Below are positions 38,601 to 45,483 of a stretch of DNA of 64,000 nucleotides, piece by piece. This stretch comes from a virus. Location: IMG/VR virus record IMGVR_UViG_3300025889_017816, positions 1 through 64,000 of that record, one strand, 5' to 3'. The translations under genes and the position numbers were made by a program. Under the pieces are notes generated by a model. It saw only the letters and a program-made list of their open reading frames with translations. It searched no databases and was not told the origin of the DNA. Positions within the stretch are counted from its first letter, which is position 1. Each line of letters begins with the position of its first letter.

Positions 38601-39684
38601 TGTTGTTAGCACCCATATCAAGTGGCTTGTTCATTGTCCACTTGTCACCAGTAGAAGCATAGGTGAATGTAGCAGAAGCTCCGTCTACTGTAATACCTGC
38701 ACCATTAGCTGCTGCAGCATTTACAGCACCAGATGCTACTGTAATGTTGAGGTCGTCTACTGATAATGAAGTAGAATTAATGGTAGTTGTAGTACCATCT
38801 ATCTGTAAATTACCTGTAACAGTTAAATTACCACCAATTGAAGCATTACTTGTTGTTGACAAAGTACCTGTAATAGCAGTATTGTCATTAAGTGCAATAG
38901 TACCTGTACCATTTCCACTCAAGGCAAGAGTGGTGTCTGCTGTTTTAGTGGTGATGCTATCTGTTTTAATACCACTAGCAAAAGAAACAGGGTTACCTGC
39001 ACTGTTTGAAACATTAGTACCATCTTCAATTTGAAGGGTACCTTTGATTTGAATAATTCCTGAGCCTGTAGGATCTAATTTAATATCACCGGAGCCTGAA
39101 GTTTGTACAGCAACATCTTGATTGGTATCAGCAGAAATTGTGATAGTACCAGAATTATCAGATACCACCTGCTGTCCATTAACATACAAAGAACCTGGGC
39201 CGACGAATATATCGGACCATTGTTTCAAGGCTGAACCAAGTGCATATGTGTTATCTACACTAGGAACAATGTTTCCTGAAACAGTTGAGTTACCTGTAAG
39301 CGTTACACCCGCAAATGATGGTGTATCTGATGTCCCAACAGCTTGACCAATAGATACCGCACCTGACGAAATACTAACACCAGTACCTGCTGTAATATGT
39401 GCTTGCACCTCAGCTGCACTAGGTCCAGTATATGTAATGACACCTGTACTGTTATTATACGACAGTGAACCATCACCGCCTGCGTCAGTAACACTAATAT
39501 TAGTTAGAGCAATAGCAGAAGTATTAGATAAGTCTGCTCTTGCTATCTCAAAACCACCCTGTGTAGAACCATCGTGCACTACAAGGGTGTCTTTAGAGGT
39601 ATCGACGGTTACCTCACCTTCTGCACCTGTGAATGATGCATGCTGTGTTGTGGTTCCTCGTCTAAATTGAACTGCTGTAGGCAT
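35623..39684 (-). CDS. Long tail fibre: Mtd_N-like N-terminus, HxH repeats, C-terminal intramolecular chaperone (peptidase S74)
   Basis: QFRRGTT.QH..FTG..GE.TVDT; SDERLK...G..AQ.V....PE...Y.KLVPVLIEAIKE. Confidence 0.9.
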   Translation of the reverse strand: MPTAVQFRRGTTTQHASFTGAEGEVTVDTSKDTLVVHDGSTQGGFEIARADLSNTSAIALTNISVTDAGGDGSLSYNNSTGVITYTGPSAAEVQAHITAGTGVSISSGAVSIGQAVGTSDTPSFAGVTLTGNSTVSGNIVPSVDNTYALGSALKQWSDIFVGPGSLYVNGQQVVSDNSGTITISADTNQDVAVQTSGSGDIKLDPTGSGIIQIKGTLQIEDGTNVSNSAGNPVSFASGIKTDSITTKTADTTLALSGNGTGTIALNDNTAITGTLSTTSNASIGGNLTVTGNLQIDGTTTTINSTSLSVDDLNITVASGAVNAAAANGAGITVDGASATFTYASTGDKWTMNKPLDMGANNITTTGTITGDLTGDVTGDVSGNAGTVTNGVYTTDTGTVTNAMLAGSIADSKLSTISTAGKVSNSATTATDANTASAIVARDASGNFAAGTITAALSGNASTATTLTDLTATVSELNVLDGITATVTELNYTDGVTSAIQTQLDGKSSTSHNHTLDSLSNTTITTNSAGEILKWNGTAWINNTLAEAGISATGHTHTVADITDLTATATELNTLDGITATVTELNYVDGVTSAIQTQLDGKSSTSHNHTLDGLSNTTITTNSAGEILKWNGSAWINNTLAEAGISATGHTHTVADITDLTATAAELNYTDGVTSNIQTQLDGKSSTSHNHTLDSLSNTTITTNSAGEILKWNGSAWINNTLAEAGISATSHNHTLDSLSNTTITTNSAGEILKWNGSAWINNTLAEAGISATGHTHTVADITDLTATASELNALDGITATVTELNYTDGVTSNIQTQLNAKAPLASPTFTGTVNAANLSLSGNLTVNGTTTTVNSTTVTLDDPIITLGGDTAPSTDDNKDRGVEFRWHNGTAAKVGFFGFDDSSGKLTFIPDATNTSEVFSGTKGTVDANIEWADVLSKPDPTITLGGDLTGSVTLTDLASGTLTATIAANSVALGTDTTGNYVGAGATSGNGISGSVSSEGGTFTVTSNATNANTASTIVFRDASGNFSAGTVTAALSGNASTATTLQTSRTINGVSFNGSANITVEPYIEDDEGTAATRYIVFTDNSAGGYKRLNEDSSLNYNPSTNTLVAGTFSGSGASLSSLNASNLSSGTVPDARISGSYTGMTNLTGSGTVDFAKFLGNAADTVTAPSFSWTGDTNTGIYAPAADTLGITTAGVERVRVDSTGKVGIGNAAPAQALHVTGQIIATSEITAYYSDERLKEKVEDVTNALDMVKSLKAFRYTNNELAQSLGFEGKELQLGLSAQDVQKVAPEIVKLAPFDMVRDEEDNVVSKSGENYLTLDYGKLVPVLIEAIKEQQEQIEELKKMLDK
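37250..38290 (-). repeat. Near-identical tandem coding repeats in the tail fibre
   Basis: Four copies of SHNHTLD.LSNTTITTNSAGEILKWNG.AWINNTLAEAGISAT interleaved with GHTHTVADITDLTAT..ELN..DG modules; boundaries approximate. Confidence 0.9.
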
Positions 39685-39723
39685 AAGTTAATCTCCAGGA
39701 CTCTTATATTGTAAATTAGTTGG

Positions 39724-39948
39724 TTAGTAAGTTCCACCATCAATTGTGTCAACCTGCGAACCAGGTATGGTTGCAGACGCACTTAAATTATTTAGATCAG
39801 CTCTACAAAGTTCAAAACCACCTTGTGTAGATCCATCATGTACTACTGCTGTTTTTTTTGTTGTGTTTACTGTAATTTCAGCTTCTGCACCAGTAAATGA
39901 TGCATGCTGTGTTGTAGTGCCACGTCTAAATCTAATTCTAGTTGACAT
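39724..39948 (-). CDS. Stand-alone Mtd_N-like adaptor ending in IDGGTY
   Basis: Near-copy of the N-terminal 52 aa of the 1353-aa fibre. Confidence 0.75.
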   Translation of the reverse strand: MSTRIRFRRGTTTQHASFTGAEAEITVNTTKKTAVVHDGSTQGGFELCRADLNNLSASATIPGSQVDTIDGGTY

Positions 39949-39951
39949 TTA

Positions 39952-40305
39952 TTATAAGCTCCCGTAATCTATATTGTTACCGGATCCTACGCTATCAGCG
40001 ATAGAACCATAATCCTGATCTGAATTATAAGTCATTCTAACAATGGCTGTATTGCTTTCAGATGAAGTATCTATGGTGAATAGCCCACTAGAAGTATCTG
40101 CAAATTTTAAAATATCTACCGTTGCTGTACTATCGGTATCTGTAACCACCATTCCGCCTTGTATTGCTTTAATAGCATCAGAAGAATCTCTAATATAGAT
40201 TTTTTTATCTGCAGTATTAACAGCAATTTCACCTACAGCAATATCTGCTGTGGTGGGGGCGCTACTGCCAGTTTCACTTCTTTTAGGTTTAATTACAAGT
40301 GCCAT
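39952..40305 (-). CDS. Small Mtd_N-like virion adaptor
   Basis: IK.KRS....P......GE.A.NT.D.K.Y; two DYGS motifs at the C-terminus. Confidence 0.65.
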   Translation of the reverse strand: MALVIKPKRSETGSSAPTTADIAVGEIAVNTADKKIYIRDSSDAIKAIQGGMVVTDTDSTATVDILKFADTSSGLFTIDTSSESNTAIVRMTYNSDQDYGSIADSVGSGNNIDYGSL

Positions 40306-40368
40306 TGATTTTATTCCCGAGTTAGTTGTTTTTATAGTTACAATGACATATTTGTTTTATACAACCCA

Positions 40369-40395
40369 GGAAGTCGGGCCACTGACCCGACTTCC
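40369..40395 (-). terminator. GC-rich hairpin (terminator or processing site)
   Basis: GGAAGTCGGG / CCCGACTTCC 10-bp stem; weak U-tract. Confidence 0.5.
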
Positions 40396-40417
40396 GTGGT
40401 TATAATTACTTCACATA

Positions 40418-42280
40418 TTAATATGTACCACCATCCACTACGTTGGTCCAAGCAGGTGTACCTGAGTTTGAATACAGGAAGTATCCACTAGTACCTGCTG
40501 CTGTTACTTGAACAGCACTTGTACCATTACCATAAAGAATACCATTACTGGTGAAAGTTGTAGCACCTGTACCACCATCACCTACTGCAATTGCTGATGA
40601 TAGTGAAGATACTGTACCGCCAGTAACGTTACCCTCAAGGTTTGCTACTATTGTTGCTACAGCATAGCCTGTACCAGCAACGTTAACTGTTGTGGTTGGG
40701 GCAGCTTGTAGATCTTTGAACAAACGGAACTTGCCGTCTGATGCATCACGGAAAAGACCGGCATATAGATCCAATGAACCTGATGTGTCATATAAACCAT
40801 AGAAACCAATATCGACAGCATCGGTTGAGTTATTATCGTTACCTAAGATAATTAGAGGATCTGTTACACTTAAGGTTGATGAGTTAACTGTAGTGGTTGT
40901 ACCTGAAACAGTCAAGTTACCAGCAACAGTTACGTTAGCACCTGAAAGTGTGATTGCGGTTGTGCCGCCACTTGATTTAATGTCGTTACCACCGACTGTC
41001 AAGTCACCGACCAATACTACGTCATCGGTTAATGCGACTGTAACTGCTGCACCTTCACCTGAACCACTAACTGCAATTTGATTTGATGTACCAGCTACGG
41101 TTGCTACATAATCACCTGTTGTATCTGTGCCAAGTGCAACTGAATTGGCAGCAATTGTTGCTGTCAAAGTTGCATTTGCTGAACCATCAATTGATACGCT
41201 ACCTGAAAGGTCACCACCAAGTGTGATTGTGCGTGCTGTTGCCCATGCTGATGCGGTTGTAGCATTACCACTTAGTGCTGCTGTGATTGTACCAGCGGCA
41301 AAGTTACCTGAACCGTCACGAGCAACAACCTTTGAAGCTGTGTTAAGTGCTGTGGCGTCAACTGCCAATGTGATAGCTGCACCCTCAGAACCACCATCAC
41401 CACCGGTCATGTATGAGCCGTTTGTGATACTTGCAACATAGTTGCCTGTTGTGTCTGTACCAAGTGCTACTGAGTTTGCTTGAATGGTTGCTGTTCCGTC
41501 CTCAGCAATTAGAACATCACCTGAAACTGCTGCATAAACATAATCAGCAACATCTTCTGCTGTGATTTTTCTGTTTGCTGTTGCTGATGCATCATAAACA
41601 AGGAACAAGTCAGCATCTGCAAGAGCAGTTAATGCTGTACCGCCGTTAATGTTTACTAAGGTGTCTGTAACTGAGTTAAGACTAACTGCACCTGAAGAAA
41701 CAGAGAAATCTGTTGAATTGAATGATGCAACACCCTTGTTTGATGTTGTTGCATCTTCGCCTGAAACTGTTACTGTGTTGTCTGTAATGGCAATGTCAAT
41801 ACCTTCACCACCAGTAAAGGTCATTGTTTGGCCAGTACTGAAAGTATCAGAACCTGTATCGCCTGCAATTGTGAAACTTGATGAAGCTGGTGATGCAAAT
41901 GATAGTACACCTGAACCATTGGTGGTTAGGATTTGACCACTTGTACCATCAGCTCCTGGTAGAGTAAATGCTACATTTGCTGTAACAGTTGCTGGGGCCT
42001 TAAGTGTTACACTTGCTGAACCATCAGCATCTGCCAAAACAACTGCTGCACCATTGGTGCCATCTTTAGGATCTAAGAAAGCATCAACTGTATCGGTGTA
42101 GTATTTACCACCAACTTTTTGAATAACAGCAGCAGAACCAGAATCTACAGATTCGATATAAAGAACGGCACTGGCACCGTCATTGGATGCATCTTCTGCG
42201 TACGCTAGCTCGCCTTCAACCAAATCTGAAGTTGTTGGTGCTGAAGAACCAGAAGAACGTTTAATTTGAATTACGGTCAT
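40418..42280 (-). CDS. Tail fibre protein
   Basis: IQIKRS...GELAY N-terminus; [12 protein letters not shown] repeats; GGTG motif; ends VDGGTY. Confidence 0.85.
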   Translation of the reverse strand: MTVIQIKRSSGSSAPTTSDLVEGELAYAEDASNDGASAVLYIESVDSGSAAVIQKVGGKYYTDTVDAFLDPKDGTNGAAVVLADADGSASVTLKAPATVTANVAFTLPGADGTSGQILTTNGSGVLSFASPASSSFTIAGDTGSDTFSTGQTMTFTGGEGIDIAITDNTVTVSGEDATTSNKGVASFNSTDFSVSSGAVSLNSVTDTLVNINGGTALTALADADLFLVYDASATANRKITAEDVADYVYAAVSGDVLIAEDGTATIQANSVALGTDTTGNYVASITNGSYMTGGDGGSEGAAITLAVDATALNTASKVVARDGSGNFAAGTITAALSGNATTASAWATARTITLGGDLSGSVSIDGSANATLTATIAANSVALGTDTTGDYVATVAGTSNQIAVSGSGEGAAVTVALTDDVVLVGDLTVGGNDIKSSGGTTAITLSGANVTVAGNLTVSGTTTTVNSSTLSVTDPLIILGNDNNSTDAVDIGFYGLYDTSGSLDLYAGLFRDASDGKFRLFKDLQAAPTTTVNVAGTGYAVATIVANLEGNVTGGTVSSLSSAIAVGDGGTGATTFTSNGILYGNGTSAVQVTAAGTSGYFLYSNSGTPAWTNVVDGGTY

Positions 42281-42337
42281 CGGAATTTCCTTGTTTTTAG
42301 GTTTATGATTGCTTTTTCCTGCGTTGCTTTAATAATA

Positions 42338-42550
42338 TTAAAAAGTTCCGCCATCTATATTAGATACACCAGCCACAGCTTGCGGTACCCATTTTTCTAA
42401 TACCGAATCATAAACCAAAGTATAACCATTTTCTAAACCGCCTGAGGCGTCAATATTTTTCAATTCTTCCACATTCAAATTATCCAGTTGAACTCTTTTT
42501 ATAGAAGTATTTATTCTATTTGGTGTTCCCACCTTTACTTGAATAGCCAT
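42338..42550 (-). CDS. Small virion adaptor ending in IDGGTF
   Basis: L..L..D......G..LVYD....KW fibre-type repeat. Confidence 0.6.
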   Translation of the reverse strand: MAIQVKVGTPNRINTSIKRVQLDNLNVEELKNIDASGGLENGYTLVYDSVLEKWVPQAVAGVSNIDGGTF

Positions 42551-42882
42551 TATCGCGTTACCTGAGGTGTTACGGTGATTATTCCTTCTACTATTCTGGT
42601 TACAACTCCTGCTGTGTCTTCCATTTCTACATCATAAACATATCTACCTGCTTTTAACTCACCTGTTTGTGTAGCCGTCAAAGAAATATCTATCACTCCT
42701 GACGTAGGTGTTGCTGAAACTGCGGTAAATGATGTATAAGATGATGAAGCATAAGATTTACGCATTTGACCTCGTAAAAGATAACTAGTCAAATTCAAAG
42801 CATCTCCTTCCGCATCTGTCACGGTGACTGATGTTGAAAAAGTAGCTCCTTGATCAATAACTAGATTTTGTATATATGCCAT
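42550..42882 (-). CDS. BppU-like / Ig-like fibre-attachment protein
   Basis: NL.IDQGATF, L.AGRYVYDVE, RI.EG..TV.P.VT. Confidence 0.7.
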   Translation of the reverse strand: MAYIQNLVIDQGATFSTSVTVTDAEGDALNLTSYLLRGQMRKSYASSSYTSFTAVSATPTSGVIDISLTATQTGELKAGRYVYDVEMEDTAGVVTRIVEGIITVTPQVTR

Positions 42883-42922
42883 AAAAATCCAATTAGTATG
42901 AGGTTAATATACAGTTATCAAT

Positions 42923-42930
42923 TATTTATA
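42923..42930 (-). promoter_or_regulatory. T4-type late promoter
   Basis: TATAAATA. Confidence 0.75.
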
Positions 42931-42948
42931 ATGGTTTTATTTTTTACG

Positions 42949-44049
42949 TCAATGATTTTCATTGTAATGTTCCTTTAACCATTCCCAATTTTCACTATTT
43001 CTTAGAGCTTTAGGGTTATTTATATTTTCTAGAGCAAACTTATTTCCTTCTCTAGCTCCCTTCAAAACCCAATCAGAATTTTCGCCTTCAGCAAAAGCTA
43101 ACCAACGATCCAACCACATATCACTATCTGATTGTAAGGTTAATTTAACTACCTCACGAAATGCTGTTCTCCAAGCCTCATATGGAGATGTAGCAAATGT
43201 AGCTTCACTAACAGTTCTAGGAACAGTTACAGTTTTGCTATATTGTGTGAAATCCAATCCAAAGTTTTCAGGAGTACTTAAAACAAGATCACTATTATAA
43301 CAAACAATACCCATGTGCCCATAACTCAAACGATTACTCATGTTCTTGGCATGAAAAATAATATGAGAATCAGGATGCAATTCAACAGGATATTCAAATA
43401 CAGAAACATCCGTGACATAATTTTTTGCAGTTACTACAAAGAATTGTTTTGCACCATTACTTAGGTCAACACAACGATGGAACATTTTTCTTCTTCCATT
43501 AATTCCGTCTATTCTTATTACATTAGGATTTAATTTAACTAAATGTTCCCAATTTTCCTCTGCATTACTTTCACCATTACTAACAAAAAACACAGGCGCT
43601 AAATCTTTCTTTGCTGGTCTTCTTGCTTTGAGTGTGTGAAGTGCAATAATTGGATCTATTTCTATAATGATTTTATCAGGCCATTCCCAAGGATCTTCAC
43701 TTATCTTTTTTGCTTTTGCAATAGACTTTTTATCTCCTGCCCAACCAGCAACATGAATATGTTCGATATCTTTCTTAACCACAAAAATTACTGGTCCTGA
43801 AATATGTTGCCAGGATATACCGTTTTCACAAAGATATAATTTTTCTTCTGAATTAGGAGCATCAATTATATCAACATAATCAAAAGGAGTTAATTCTTTA
43901 TCACCTGCCTGGACCCATCCTTTGGCATCTTTAACGGTTTCTATAAAATCTGTGAACCACCCAAGACTACGAACCCAATGCTTTGTTTCAATAATCCAGT
44001 GCTTTTCGAACAAATCGCTATGTGCTAACCAAGTTTCATTATTTAACAT
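42949..44049 (-). CDS. Two-domain protein with a C-terminal GT-A-like glycosyltransferase domain
   Basis: FFVSNGE.NAEENW, RIDGING, N....L.YGH.G, AWRTAFRE..KL; no clear DxD. Confidence 0.55.
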   Translation of the reverse strand: MLNNETWLAHSDLFEKHWIIETKHWVRSLGWFTDFIETVKDAKGWVQAGDKELTPFDYVDIIDAPNSEEKLYLCENGISWQHISGPVIFVVKKDIEHIHVAGWAGDKKSIAKAKKISEDPWEWPDKIIIEIDPIIALHTLKARRPAKKDLAPVFFVSNGESNAEENWEHLVKLNPNVIRIDGINGRRKMFHRCVDLSNGAKQFFVVTAKNYVTDVSVFEYPVELHPDSHIIFHAKNMSNRLSYGHMGIVCYNSDLVLSTPENFGLDFTQYSKTVTVPRTVSEATFATSPYEAWRTAFREVVKLTLQSDSDMWLDRWLAFAEGENSDWVLKGAREGNKFALENINNPKALRNSENWEWLKEHYNENH

Positions 44050-44764
44050 TTTTCACCTTTTTAATTTTAGCTTTTTTAACTTCAGAATTTTTCTTTCGTT
44101 CTATTATTCTTTCTTCATTTGCATGAATACTAGGACCGAAAGCCCATTGCCCAACGTGTCTTATTTGACGACTCAAGTTCATATCAACTAAAACTTTATA
44201 TCCTGCATTTTGTAATTTCTTTTGAAAATAAAAATCCTCACCATGCCATTCATTGTCTCTGTATTCAAATTCAAAGAAAGGAGGTTCAATGTTTTTCATG
44301 ATTTCTGTTTTCATCATTACACACCCCATTCCAATACCTTCAACTTCCTCTAATTCTTCTTGGGATTCTAGAGGAACCCATTCTTGCCAATTACCCCTTT
44401 CTGTGTATGCAACAGTCTGTAATGGAATAGAACGCTTCATATAATTACCACAAACAATAGGAACATTATGAGCCATTAATCTCATTGCTGTGGTGCTAGG
44501 AAACATCATATCAGAATCAAGCCATAAACAATAATCTGATTTCATGTTTAATGCTTGTTTTGCTAATCTTTCACGTTGTGCAAGAAGGATAGTGCTTTGA
44601 TCATATATCACATGAACATCTATCCCAGCCATGGCTGTGGTTTTAACTAATTCTACCAATGAAGAAGTAAACAGACTGTAAACATATTCTTTACAAGGAA
44701 TTAGTATTGCAAGTTTTGTTGGTTTGCTTTTCCATATACTTAAATCAAAAATGTTTTTACTCAT
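44039..44764 (-). CDS. GT2-family (GT-A) glycosyltransferase
   Basis: ILIPC, LWLDSDM (DxD), GMGCVMM, GEDFYF. Confidence 0.85.
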   Translation of the reverse strand: MSKNIFDLSIWKSKPTKLAILIPCKEYVYSLFTSSLVELVKTTAMAGIDVHVIYDQSTILLAQRERLAKQALNMKSDYCLWLDSDMMFPSTTAMRLMAHNVPIVCGNYMKRSIPLQTVAYTERGNWQEWVPLESQEELEEVEGIGMGCVMMKTEIMKNIEPPFFEFEYRDNEWHGEDFYFQKKLQNAGYKVLVDMNLSRQIRHVGQWAFGPSIHANEERIIERKKNSEVKKAKIKKVKNVK

Positions 44765-45210
44765 ACCCCAGCAACTCCTTCTGCTAGTGCAGAAGCCTGG
44801 GTAGTTACATCTCTGATAAGAGCCACTATTTCATGAACACGTTTTACTATTAACTGATAATCAGCTAAAGGAAATTGAGTTATAATATTTAAAGTATCAA
44901 TACTATAACGATCAAAAATTAAAACTTCTAAAGCTGCTTGTCTTGCATATTTTTCTATAGCAATCATTCTAGAAGTTTGTGGTTCACTTGTAAGAATATT
45001 AATTAAATGTTCTTCATCATGCTCTTCTAGAATACTTTCTAAGAAAGCTTGACGTTCGGGCCATTCTTCATTTTCTCTGAGATATTTCAATTCATAAAGA
45101 AGTTCGGCGAGGGCCTTTTTATCATATCCAATAGAAACCCATCGAACATATTTTTCTTCATAGTCCGATGGGTTAGCATTAATATGCGAAATTAAATTAT
45201 CAAGATCCAT
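44761..45210 (-). CDS. Helical hypothetical protein, first gene of the GT cassette
   Basis: GAGG RBS; stop overlaps the GT2 start (ATGA). Confidence 0.6.
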   Translation of the reverse strand: MDLDNLISHINANPSDYEEKYVRWVSIGYDKKALAELLYELKYLRENEEWPERQAFLESILEEHDEEHLINILTSEPQTSRMIAIEKYARQAALEVLIFDRYSIDTLNIITQFPLADYQLIVKRVHEIVALIRDVTTQASALAEGVAGV

Positions 45211-45238
45211 AAATCACCTCAAAAAATAAATGTAAAAT

Positions 45239-45266
45239 AATATAACTAAAAAAATTATAATGTCAA
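45239..45266 (-). promoter_or_regulatory. Sigma70-type promoter for the GT cassette
   Basis: TTGACA-16 nt-TATATT. Confidence 0.6.
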
Positions 45267-45269
45267 GTA

Positions 45270-45446
45270 TTAATATGTATTAGGAGTTGTTCTACCACCA
45301 AAATCGGCTGAAAGAGTAATTGAACCGGACGATATACCAATTTGTGCTCCTAGATTCCCTCTTAGTGTTACTGCACCAGAAAGACCATATGCGTTGCGCA
45401 CTCGACCCATTACAATTTCTGATCCGGTGGCTGGTATTAACCCCAT
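45270..45446 (-). CDS. 58-aa Gly-rich small protein absent from the ORF track (candidate fibre-tip protein)
   Basis: MGLIPATGSEIVMGRVRNAYGLSGAVTLRGNLGAQIGISSGSITLSADFGGRTTPNTY; AGGAG RBS 6 nt upstream; fills the gap after the fibre gene. Confidence 0.8.
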   Translation of the reverse strand: MGLIPATGSEIVMGRVRNAYGLSGAVTLRGNLGAQIGISSGSITLSADFGGRTTPNTY

Positions 45447-45483
45447 GTTACACTCCTAAAAATGAATCTTTTAATGTTGGCAC

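Noticed and set aside
35623-42280. Diversity-generating retroelement suggested by Mtd_N-like domains
   Set aside because: No reverse transcriptase, no C-type-lectin variable region and no template/variable repeat pair with adenine-specific differences in the window
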